From Natrialbaceae archaeon (GTDB lineage Archaea; Halobacteriota; Halobacteria; Halobacteriales; Natrialbaceae), in NCBI GenBank assembly GCA_046710005.1, contig JBKEGM010000001.1:1-55856 (forward strand): DNA of 55,856 nt, written 5' to 3'. The position numbers and the translations under genes were made by a program. Of this stretch, positions 26,768 through 35,529 are shown in pieces. The notes beneath the pieces are model-generated. The model was not told the origin of the DNA, did no database searches, and saw nothing but the letters and a program-made list of their open reading frames with translations. Positions within the stretch are counted from its first letter, which is position 1. Every line of letters starts with the position of its first letter.

Positions 26768-27352
26768 ATGGACGACCTGGCCGAAACGATCGGGACGTAC
26801 GATCGCGTGGCTGAGGAGTATCGGGAGCGCCACGACGACCGAGAGCCACTTGCAGCCCAGGTGGACCGGTTCTGCGATGCTGTCGATGGATCGATCGTCC
26901 TGGACGTGGGGTGTGGCCCCGGCTGGGAGTCAGTGACGATTTCGAAACGGGGCTACGACGTCATCGGTATCGACCCGACGCCCAAACTCCTCGACATCGC
27001 GAATGCGAAGGCGCCAACTGTGGCCTTCGCCAGGATGGATATGCGAAAACTTGGGCTCGCTGACAATACCATAGATGGGATCTGGGCTTGCGCATCCTTC
27101 CTGCACGTTCCGCGGTCGGCCGCGACCCAAACACTGCGCGAGTTTCGGCGGGTTCTGAGTGGGGACGGAGTCCTCTGGCTGTCAGTCAAACGCGGGAGCG
27201 GGACTCGTCTGGGTGATACGTACGTGGACGACCGGCGAAAGTTCACGTTGTATCGAGCAGCAGAACTTTGTGATATCGTTACCAGGGCGGGCCTGGCTGT
27301 GGAGTTCGTCTCCGATGGTGAGTGGATCCAGTTGCTCGCCACAACGAGCTAG
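26768..27352 (+). CDS. class I SAM-dependent methyltransferase
   Basis: Motif I 'VLDVGCGPGWES' and motif post-I 'DVIGIDP'. 194 aa. Confidence 0.87.
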   Translation: MDDLAETIGTYDRVAEEYRERHDDREPLAAQVDRFCDAVDGSIVLDVGCGPGWESVTISKRGYDVIGIDPTPKLLDIANAKAPTVAFARMDMRKLGLADNTIDGIWACASFLHVPRSAATQTLREFRRVLSGDGVLWLSVKRGSGTRLGDTYVDDRRKFTLYRAAELCDIVTRAGLAVEFVSDGEWIQLLATTS

Positions 27353-27447
27353 CCCAGGACCAGGATGAACCCCGTCGCGAACATCAGCACGGCGATCGCC
27401 CCAAGGACGAGCAACCACAGTTCCTTCTCGGACATTGCCCCTTGTAC

Positions 27448-27771
27448 GTGATCGAACCCAAAAACCTCATCGTTCCGACGACCGAAGACGGGGTCGTGAT
27501 CGACACCAACACGACCAGTGGTCGGAGGGTGGTCCTCATCGTCTATGCGGCCGTCATCGGTATTGCGGGAGTTATGGGCGCTATCCTCGGCATAATTCTG
27601 CCGGAACAGAAGGGGGTCGCTGTCGCAACGCTGGGCCCTGTCACGTTTCCGATCACGCCGGCGACATTCGCACTTTATGGGATGCTTATGATGGGCGTCA
27701 TGCTGGGCGTCCTGCTTGTTCTCGTGCAGTATGTTTCCCGTTTCGACGAAGCGAGTCGGTCGGGCGAATAG
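27448..27771 (+). CDS. small membrane protein (hypothetical)
   Basis: GTG 27448 (or TTG 27442) gives 'VIEPKNLIVPTTEDG...VVLIVYAAVIGIAGVMGAILGIIL...FALYGMLMMGVMLGVLLVLV', two TM helices. The longer ATG-initiated ORF from 27322 overlaps the methyltransferase and has an implausible charged leader. Confidence 0.5.
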   Translation: MIEPKNLIVPTTEDGVVIDTNTTSGRRVVLIVYAAVIGIAGVMGAILGIILPEQKGVAVATLGPVTFPITPATFALYGMLMMGVMLGVLLVLVQYVSRFDEASRSGE

Positions 27772-28171
27772 TGATATATCGGTGCCCTCCGCCAGTGAAG
27801 GATTCAGCGTCATTGGCAGTCCCTCGAATGAACCAATGCTCGTGAATGACAGGGACCGTAGGGAGGTCACAGCTTCTGGCCAAACAATATAGACGACATT
27901 CACAGGGTATTCTTCGGAGAATTGATTAAAAGGGGTCAAGGGGTGCTTTCGAGGAATTTCGGGCCGTGTATCACGTAACGATTGGCGAACAAAAACCGTC
28001 ACAGGTTTCGGGATTTTTATTGCGAACCAAATTCTAACTGAACCGCATATTTCCTGAACGGTACGGAATGTAAATCTCAAGGGCCGGTTGATCGCTTTTA
28101 CTGGACAGTAGGTTTGGCGCAATCAGACAAAAGGTGACCTGCTTATATATCGCTTGTCTGCATAGTATTAT

Positions 28172-28681
28172 TTGAACGGCACAATGCCGGAGGCCAGTTC
28201 TGAACCGAGCCTTGAACTTGTCCGCCCAGTCCTGGACTGGGAGTGGAACCTCGGGATCGACGCTGCCCTCCTCCACGATGAGTTCTATACGGGCGCTCGA
28301 CTCGCGATACCGGTAAGTCCATCAGAACTAGACGCACATCGGGGAGCACTCCGCCACTTCGTTGAGACCGAGGATGTTGCAACGGATGGGCTCACAGTTC
28401 TGACTGCCGTTCAGTTAAAACTCGAACGAGCCTTCGACGACGAATCCGCCCAGGAACAGGCCGTCGAACTCGACGTGACGGAAGTGCTCGTCCTCGCTAT
28501 TGCCCAATTACGCTTCGCTAAGTACCACCTCCTTCGGCGCAATCACAGTAAGTCAACGCTACATCGCCTTCTCGGGGGCCGGTTACTCGATCGGGTCGAC
28601 GAATCGCAACGCTTCCCGGACATTTTCGGTGACCGTCGAAAAGCAGAACTGGTCCCGGGCGGCAGTCCATTTGCAATGTGA
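28172..28681 (+). CDS. hypothetical acidic protein (no recognisable domain)
   Basis: 169-aa ORF with haloarchaeal acidic composition. It follows a 400-bp low-GC gap. I recognise no motif. Confidence 0.5.
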   Translation: MNGTMPEASSEPSLELVRPVLDWEWNLGIDAALLHDEFYTGARLAIPVSPSELDAHRGALRHFVETEDVATDGLTVLTAVQLKLERAFDDESAQEQAVELDVTEVLVLAIAQLRFAKYHLLRRNHSKSTLHRLLGGRLLDRVDESQRFPDIFGDRRKAELVPGGSPFAM

Positions 28682-28854
28682 TCCAAGACACTGGTTGTTC
28701 TGGGGATCACTTTCATGCGACCCCAGAATGATTCTGGTCATCGCACAATGACCCCCGAAGTGGCTCATAAACTCGCCCAATGTGTGCAGTTCGCTCAGCA
28801 CTTATACGCACGCATCAGGGCGGAAACAACCACCGGTGATATGGGTTCAGTCGA

Positions 28855-30834
28855 TCACTCGCCCTGGACTTTCCGTTGGATGTCCTCGACAATTTCGGGA
28901 TTTCGAAGCGTGCTCGTGTTACCGAGCTCGTCGTCGTTAGCGATGTCCTCGAGCAATCGACGCATGATCTTCCCGGACCTGGTTTTCGGCAGTTCCGGGG
29001 TGAAAATCACCGATTCGGGGCGGGCGATCGGGCCGATTTCCGTTTCCACGCTATCGATTATTCGCTCCCGGAGGTGTTCCTCGTCGTCGCCCTCCTCCGT
29101 GATGACGTACGCATACATCGCCTCGCCCGTCACCTCGTGACTGCCCCCAACAACGGCCGACTCGGCAACTCCCTCAACGCCGACGATAGCCGATTCAATC
29201 TCCATTGTTCCGAGTCGGTGGCCCGAGACGTTGAGCACGTCGTCGACACGCCCGAGGATGGTGATATAGCCGTCGTCGTCGATTTTAGCCCCATCCTCGG
29301 GGAAGTACACCCAGGCATCGCGTTCCGGGAGCGAGTACTCGCGCCAGTACTCATCGACGAAGCGGTCGTCGTTTTCGTAGAGCGTCCGGAGCATCCCTGG
29401 CCATGGTTTGTTGACGACGAGGTAACCGCCATCCCCTGCGGCCACGGGATCGCCACTAACATCCACCACATCTGCGCTGATTCCTGGCAGCGGTGGTCCT
29501 GCTGAGCCAGGTTTCATCTCCCCCACCCCAGGAAGGGTCGTGATCATCATTCCGCCCGTTTCCGTCTGCCACCAGGTGTCAACAATTGGGCACTCTTCGT
29601 TCCCGATGTGTTGGTAGTACCACTTCCAGGCGCGGGGATTGATCGGTTCGCCGACGGTTCCGAGGAGTCGGAGGCTGGAGAGATCGTTTTTGTCGGGATG
29701 GGAGGACCCCCATTTCATGAACGACCTGATTGCCGTCGGTGCCGTATAGAAGATGTCAACACCGTACTCTTCGACGATTTGCCACAACCGATTCTTCGCG
29801 GGATAGTCCGGTGCCCCCTCGTACATCACCGTCGTGGTTCCCAGCGCAAGTGGTCCGTAGACGATGTATGAGTGTCCGGTGATCCAGCCGATGTCGGCCG
29901 CACACCAGTAGGTGTCCGTCGGTTCGATGTCCAGTACGGCGTGGGATGTCCAGGCGACATACGAGAGGAACCCACCCGTCGTGTGCTTGACGCCCTTCGG
30001 TTGTCCCGTCGTTCCGGAGGTATACATGAGAAAGAGCATGTCCTCGGCGTCTCGCGATACCGGCTCAACCTCTTCACCCTCGTGCTCGTCGACGAGTGTG
30101 CCGTAATCGTACTCGTCCGCATCGAGATCGTGGTCGAGTTTTTCACCGAGACGGTCGACGACGACCGTAGAAACCCCTTCGCCAAACGTTTCGAGGCCGT
30201 CGTCGGCTTTGGATTTGTGATCGAGCGGATCGCCCCGTCGGTAGTACCCGTCGCACGTAATCAAATACTCGGAATCCGCGCTTTCCATCCGGGTGGCGAG
30301 CGCTTTCGCCGAAAACCCTGCGAATACCACGCTGTGGGGCGCTCCGATCCTCGCAGTGGCGAGCATTGCTATTGGCAACGCCGGAATCATCGGTAGATAC
30401 AGCGTTACCACGTCGTCTTCTTCGACGCCCAGATCACGGAGGGCAGCGGCGAAGGCGTTCACCTCGTCCTGGAGCTCCCGATAGGAGTACGTTTGCGTTT
30501 GCCCCTCCTCTCCGATCCATTCGATCGCGATCTTGTCGCCGTCTCCCTCCTCGACGTGGCGATCGACGCAATTGTAACAGGCATTGAGTTTCCCGCCAGT
30601 GAACCACTCGTAGAAGGGTGCGTCGGAATTCTTGAGGACCGTGTCGTATGCTTCGTCCCAGTCAATCATTGTAGCAGCACGCTCCCAGGATTCCGGCCAA
30701 TTTTCCTCGAACTCCTCGTAGATTGCCTCATCAGTCACGTTGGCTTGTTCGACGAACGATTCTGGCGGGTCGAAGGTTTCCTGCTGTGCAAGTCGGGCCT
30801 CGAGCTCGACATCTGGCGTGCTATTATCTGTCAT
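28855..30834 (-). CDS. acs: acetyl-CoA synthetase (AMP-forming)
   Basis: 659 aa. AMP-binding motif 'YTSGTTGQPKG', 'WWQTETGG', C-terminal 'LPKTRSGKIMRR'. Confidence 0.95.
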   Translation of the reverse strand: MTDNSTPDVELEARLAQQETFDPPESFVEQANVTDEAIYEEFEENWPESWERAATMIDWDEAYDTVLKNSDAPFYEWFTGGKLNACYNCVDRHVEEGDGDKIAIEWIGEEGQTQTYSYRELQDEVNAFAAALRDLGVEEDDVVTLYLPMIPALPIAMLATARIGAPHSVVFAGFSAKALATRMESADSEYLITCDGYYRRGDPLDHKSKADDGLETFGEGVSTVVVDRLGEKLDHDLDADEYDYGTLVDEHEGEEVEPVSRDAEDMLFLMYTSGTTGQPKGVKHTTGGFLSYVAWTSHAVLDIEPTDTYWCAADIGWITGHSYIVYGPLALGTTTVMYEGAPDYPAKNRLWQIVEEYGVDIFYTAPTAIRSFMKWGSSHPDKNDLSSLRLLGTVGEPINPRAWKWYYQHIGNEECPIVDTWWQTETGGMMITTLPGVGEMKPGSAGPPLPGISADVVDVSGDPVAAGDGGYLVVNKPWPGMLRTLYENDDRFVDEYWREYSLPERDAWVYFPEDGAKIDDDGYITILGRVDDVLNVSGHRLGTMEIESAIVGVEGVAESAVVGGSHEVTGEAMYAYVITEEGDDEEHLRERIIDSVETEIGPIARPESVIFTPELPKTRSGKIMRRLLEDIANDDELGNTSTLRNPEIVEDIQRKVQGE

Positions 30835-31049
30835 AGTTGTAGAGTCAATTCACTGAGAATGGCATAAATGTTCCCCTCATACAATGGGGCCGTACTGGAC
30901 GGACACACTCACGGTTCCCGTCCGATAATTCTCCTCGAATCGAGATCCTCTCCGAACCGAGGAGCGGTGCGTCACTGCCTCTCGTTAGGACCGAAAACGG
31001 CTGCCTGGCAGCGGCCCCCGAAACCGACACATTCGATCCTTCCCCCAAT

Positions 31050-32753
31050 TCAAGCGACGCCAAGCGCTTCCTGATAACTGCCGTGGTGGTCCTCGAAAAC
31101 GCCCATGATCTCGCCCATCGTGGCGTAGGCTTTGACCGCGTCGATGATGTATGGCATCGTATTATCCTCAGTCTCGATGGCCGAAGCGAGTGCCTCGAGG
31201 GTAGCATCAACTGCTTCCTCGTCGCGCTCCATCTTCACCTTCTCGAGCCTGTCCAATTGCCGGTCGCGAGTTTCCTGTTCGTCCACCTGAAGGATATCCG
31301 GCCGGGTATCCTCCTTGATCGTGTACGTATTGACACCGACGACGACTTCCTCACCCTCGTCTACGCGCTCCTGATACTCGTAAGCGGACTCCTGTATTTC
31401 CCGGTGGAAGTACCCCTGTTCGATTCCATCCAGGGCGCCTTCGAGGATCGACCCGCCACCTTTCGCTTTGATCTCTTCAATATACTCGAGAGCCCGCTCC
31501 TCGATTTCATCGGTGAGGGCCTCGACGGCGAAACTCCCGGCCATGGGGTCCACGATGTCGGCCGCGCCCGACTCATCCGCAATGACCTGCTGGGTGCGGA
31601 GTGCGACCCGAACCGCCTTTTCGCTGGGGAGGGCCAGCGCCTCGTCGAAACTGTTCGTATGCAGGCTCTGTGTCCCGCCGAGCACCCCGGCCAGCGCCTG
31701 GATCGTCACCCGTGCGACGTTGTTCAAGGGCTGCTGAGCGGTAAGTGACTGGCCGGCGGTCTGGGTGTGGAACTTCAGCCGTCGGGCAGCGTCCGTTTCG
31801 GCGTCGTACCACTCCTCCAACTTCCGCGACCAGATTCGCCTGGCAGCGCGGAACTTTGCCACCTCCTCGAAGATCGAGTTGTGCGAGTTAAAGAAAAAGG
31901 AGAGTGTCGGTGCGAACTCCTCGACGTCCATGCCGCGGTCGAGACAACTCTCGACGTACGCGAACCCGTCGGCCAGGGTGAATGCGAGTTCCTGGACTGC
32001 GGTCGATCCGGCCTCGCGGATGTGATAGCCGGAGATCGAAATCGGGTTGAACTTGGGCGTCTCCTCGACGGAGAACTCGATCACGTCGGTCACAATGTCG
32101 ACAGACGCCGCCGGTGGGACGACCCACTCTTTCTGGGCGATGAATTCCTTGAGCATGTCGTTCTGGAGGGTCCCCCGGATCTCCTTTCGGGACACGCCCT
32201 GCTGATCGGCGATGGCGACATACATCGCATAGATGACCGGCGCGCTCGGGTTGATCGTGAATGAGGTCGAGACCTCGCTCAGGTCGATCCCGTCGAAGAG
32301 AATCTCCATGTCCCTGAGCGTGTCAACTGCCACACCTTCCTTGCCGACTTCCCCGAGGGACATCGAATGGTCGGAATCGATCCCCATCAATGACGGCATA
32401 TCAAACGCCGTCGAGAGTCCCGTCTGCCCTTCCTCGGTGAGGTAGTGAAAGCGCTCGTTGGTCTCCTCGGCCGTCCCGAACCCGGCGAATTGGCGCATCG
32501 TCCACGGCCGGCCCCTATACATCGTCGGGTAGACCCCCCGCGTGAACGGTGGGTCACCGGGAAAGCCCAGGTCTTCCGTGTAGTCGAGGTCCTCGACGTC
32601 GTCGGGGGTATAGATTCGGTCGACCTCCAGGTTCGAAACGGTCGCGAACCGGTCCTTGCGCTCTCCGTGGCGTTCGAGGAAGGGTTCGAGGGTTTCCTCG
32701 GCCCATTCCTCTCGGTTCTGTTGGATCTCCGCGAGATCGTCCTCATCGTACAT
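31050..32753 (-). CDS. methylmalonyl-CoA mutase, catalytic (large) subunit
   Basis: 'PFTRGVYPTMYRGRPWTMRQFAGFGTAEETNERFHYL' and 'SISGYHIREAG' are MCM TIM-barrel hallmarks. The start was taken at 'MYDEDDLAEIQ' (32753). Confidence 0.95.
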   Translation of the reverse strand: MYDEDDLAEIQQNREEWAEETLEPFLERHGERKDRFATVSNLEVDRIYTPDDVEDLDYTEDLGFPGDPPFTRGVYPTMYRGRPWTMRQFAGFGTAEETNERFHYLTEEGQTGLSTAFDMPSLMGIDSDHSMSLGEVGKEGVAVDTLRDMEILFDGIDLSEVSTSFTINPSAPVIYAMYVAIADQQGVSRKEIRGTLQNDMLKEFIAQKEWVVPPAASVDIVTDVIEFSVEETPKFNPISISGYHIREAGSTAVQELAFTLADGFAYVESCLDRGMDVEEFAPTLSFFFNSHNSIFEEVAKFRAARRIWSRKLEEWYDAETDAARRLKFHTQTAGQSLTAQQPLNNVARVTIQALAGVLGGTQSLHTNSFDEALALPSEKAVRVALRTQQVIADESGAADIVDPMAGSFAVEALTDEIEERALEYIEEIKAKGGGSILEGALDGIEQGYFHREIQESAYEYQERVDEGEEVVVGVNTYTIKEDTRPDILQVDEQETRDRQLDRLEKVKMERDEEAVDATLEALASAIETEDNTMPYIIDAVKAYATMGEIMGVFEDHHGSYQEALGVA

Positions 32754-33097
32754 ACCCTGACAACCCGGGTGTGCGCGCATTAAGCGTTCCCCCGGAATTC
32801 CCATAGTATTCTGGGCCAGGTTGATAGCATCGTTTGTATGGTGACTTCAGGTCCGATGAGCAGGTTTTCCCAGTATTCTCACCGCTCCTTCCATCAGATA
32901 ATCGCACAATACGGGGCCCCCAACGACTCGGTCAATCAGGACAGGTTACGGCTCTCGTCGCTTGTTCCGGTCAGGAGGCCGAATACGAGGCCGTCAAACC
33001 ACCGGGCCGCCGTGGTAGGTGTACCACTATCTTCGTCATGGTGTCGACCCACCCTGGGGGTTCTTCAAAATTTCCGGGGGGACTCACCCCTGTCTGA

Positions 33098-33910
33098 TCA
33101 CCCCTGTTGCAGGCGTTTCGTCGTCTCGACGAGCGGGTGCCGAGCATAATCGACCACCTCAACGTCATCGAGCGAATCGAGGCCCTCATTTTCGGCCGTT
33201 TTCTGCATGCCCAGGTCGATCGCCGAGTCGATGACGATTACATAGGCGTCCATTTCTTCGACACCGATCCGATCTGCGGCGAGGACCCGGTGGTGGCCGT
33301 CCGCTAGCAGTAGCGACTCGCCCCCGTTGTCGATGACGACAAGCGGTTCGGCCAGCCCCCGTTCGAGTTCGTACTTGCGCCCCTCGAGTTCGTCTGCATA
33401 CACCTTCTTTTGGGTTGGGATTAAGTTCTCGAGTTGCACCGTCCGGCGCTCCTGTTCGAGTTCGACGTCGTGGATGTTCTCGAGTGTCCGTTTGAGTTTC
33501 CCCACCTTTTCCGGCGTGGCCCGTTCGATCTGACTGCGGATGACGTCAGCGTTGCTGATCAATCCGACCAGGTTACCGGCGTCGTCGACGACTGGGAGCT
33601 TCTGAATGCCGGACCGCAGAATGACTCTGGCCGCGTCAGTCACCTTCATTTCGGGGTGGGCAACGATGAGGTCCGTCGTCATGACCGTGAAAATGGGGGC
33701 GTCTTCATTCTTAAGCAACAGGTCTCGCGCACTGACGAACCCCTCGACTCGGCGGCGATCAGTCACGGGAAATCCGCTGTGCTCGTTGCTTGTGGCGATG
33801 CGTTCGGCGACATTCCCGACCGTGTCGTCCGGCGAGACGGTTTCGACGTCGGTCGTCATGTAATCCTTGACCAGCGGTTTCCCGTCCTCGACGGGCGATT
33901 CCATGTTCAT
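33098..33910 (-). CDS. CBS-pair domain fused to ParB/Srx-like (ParBc) domain
   Basis: The N-terminus has two CBS motifs ('VKDYMTTDVETVSPDDTV...', 'FTVMTTDLIVAHPEMKV...KLPVVDDAGNLVGLIS'). The C-terminus 'LIPTQKKVYADELEG...PLVVIDNGGESLLLADGHHRVLAA' is the ParB-like nuclease/Srx fold motif. Confidence 0.85.
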   Translation of the reverse strand: MNMESPVEDGKPLVKDYMTTDVETVSPDDTVGNVAERIATSNEHSGFPVTDRRRVEGFVSARDLLLKNEDAPIFTVMTTDLIVAHPEMKVTDAARVILRSGIQKLPVVDDAGNLVGLISNADVIRSQIERATPEKVGKLKRTLENIHDVELEQERRTVQLENLIPTQKKVYADELEGRKYELERGLAEPLVVIDNGGESLLLADGHHRVLAADRIGVEEMDAYVIVIDSAIDLGMQKTAENEGLDSLDDVEVVDYARHPLVETTKRLQQG

Positions 33911-33946
33911 CTTTAGCCAACGGGGCAGCGAGGAAAAACCTCTCGG

Positions 33947-35431
33947 CTACAGTTCCGTATCGTCGCCCGACGAGGCCACGATCTCCCCCGGCCGTGTCAT
34001 GAGTTCGTCCGAATCGATCGGATCCTGTTCGAGAGCGTCCAGTAACCGTCCTGTCACCAGGTTCCAGACGATCTTTTCGGTGTCCACCGATTCGTCATTC
34101 ATCGCGTGCTCGATGACGCCGAGTGGAATCTGCGCCCCGGCCATGTCGGCGTGCCCGCCCGCACTCCCGATCGGGTCAAAGGCCAATCGAAGCGTCTTTC
34201 CAAGATCGAAGGTGGATGTTCGTGACCGTGCCGAAGCGAACACGGTCCCGTCCATGATGCCATAGACGAATACCATCCGTATGTCCTCCATTTTGACGAG
34301 TCGATCTGCTGCCTGCGCAAGCGCGTCCCGGTCGCTGATCTGCCCGGCGGTCGTAATCAGCACGTTCCCATGGCGCTCTCGGTTCCTGATCGCCCGGGAT
34401 ATTACGTTCAAGGTCTTACCACTGACGCTGGGTTCTTCGACACGTTCGAGGACCCCAGTATCGGCATGCGGAAGTAACCTGGCGGCAGCCTCAAAATCCA
34501 TCGTCGCCACTTCGCGGGTATAGTTTGCGGTATCGACCCTGATGCCGTACAGCAACGCGGTCGCGATCGTCCCGTCGAGTTCGATATCAAACCGATCCAG
34601 ATGATCCGTCAACACCGTGCTGGTTGCCCCGGCGTCGCTCCGAAGGTCGGCGAACGTCGCCTCGACTGGGCCTCTTGGTGGGTGATGGTCGATTACGACA
34701 TCGACTGACAGATCCTTTGGAAGTCCATCGTTAATGCCGGGCCGAGAGTGATCGACGAGCGCGAAACCACCGTATTTTGACAGGTCGGCGTCCTGATCGT
34801 GATTCACGAGGTCGATCGACAGCAAATTGACCATGGCCTGGTTCTCCTGGTGTGAGATCGTCCCGTAATAGCAGGGTTCGGCTTCGAGACCGATGGCGTC
34901 CGCGATCCGGACAAGGGCCAGGGCGCTAGCGATCGCGTCCGGGTCGGGATTGTCGTGCATGACAACTGCCAGGGTCCCGTCGATTCCAGCGAGAGCACCA
35001 CGTAACGAACGCGATAATTCCGCCGATCGGTCTCGACTCCGTCCCACGACTGTGTCGACAACCGCCTCGACGGGATCAAGCGTCCGATCGACAAGGGAAC
35101 GAAGCGGTTCTCGGACCGACGCATGGCCCTCTTTGCCTTCGTAGGCGATGACGAAGGCCCTCGGAAAGACTTCGCGAACAATTTCTGCTATCGCTTTGTT
35201 TCGAGTTGCACCGTCCGTCCCGATGAACACCGTATCGGGATCCATGTCGAGTTCCTGAATGACGCCTGGGTCCGTCGGATCCGCTTCTCGTGCGTCGACG
35301 TTTCGGTCACGGAGGTCGTTTACCGTGGATCGGTCCTGGCAAACCACGATCAGATCGCCATTCCTGCTGATCCAATCTTCGACCACCCGGAGCCCGAGGG
35401 ACCCACATCCCAGCGCCAACCGGGAATTCAT
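33947..35431 (-). CDS. TrkA_N (Rossmann)-DHH/DHHA1 family phosphoesterase
   Basis: N-terminal 'LGCGSLGLRVVE' Rossmann motif, DHH motifs 'VVMHDNPDPDAIAS' and 'VVIDHHPP', and DHHA1 'GSAGGHADMAG'. Confidence 0.85.
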   Translation of the reverse strand: MNSRLALGCGSLGLRVVEDWISRNGDLIVVCQDRSTVNDLRDRNVDAREADPTDPGVIQELDMDPDTVFIGTDGATRNKAIAEIVREVFPRAFVIAYEGKEGHASVREPLRSLVDRTLDPVEAVVDTVVGRSRDRSAELSRSLRGALAGIDGTLAVVMHDNPDPDAIASALALVRIADAIGLEAEPCYYGTISHQENQAMVNLLSIDLVNHDQDADLSKYGGFALVDHSRPGINDGLPKDLSVDVVIDHHPPRGPVEATFADLRSDAGATSTVLTDHLDRFDIELDGTIATALLYGIRVDTANYTREVATMDFEAAARLLPHADTGVLERVEEPSVSGKTLNVISRAIRNRERHGNVLITTAGQISDRDALAQAADRLVKMEDIRMVFVYGIMDGTVFASARSRTSTFDLGKTLRLAFDPIGSAGGHADMAGAQIPLGVIEHAMNDESVDTEKIVWNLVTGRLLDALEQDPIDSDELMTRPGEIVASSGDDTEL

Positions 35432-35529
35432 ACCGACGGATCGTCCTTCCTGGGGTTAAAACCTACCGTCTGGCACTCGACGCGGGTTCAATGAAAATAT
35501 CGACAAATATGCGGCTAATACGGCCGAAA

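Noticed and set aside
27349-27435. A 28-codon minus-strand mini-ORF, 'MSEKELWLLVLGAIAVLMFATGFILVLG', a perfect single TM helix. Its stop shares the palindromic CTAG with the methyltransferase stop.
   Set aside because: It is attractive, but it would start only 6-12 nt from the divergent start of the 27448 gene, leaving no promoter space. Hydrophobic antisense peptides arise easily opposite charged frames. It cannot be supported without ribosome profiling or conservation data.
32805-33149. ORFs 32834..33097 and 32838..33149 (+) in the ~340-bp gap between the MCM large-subunit start and the CBS-ParB gene end, considered as small protein genes.
   Set aside because: They are basic and Pro/Ser/Arg-rich, they overlap each other, and they carry no motif. 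They are most likely promoter or terminator spacer.
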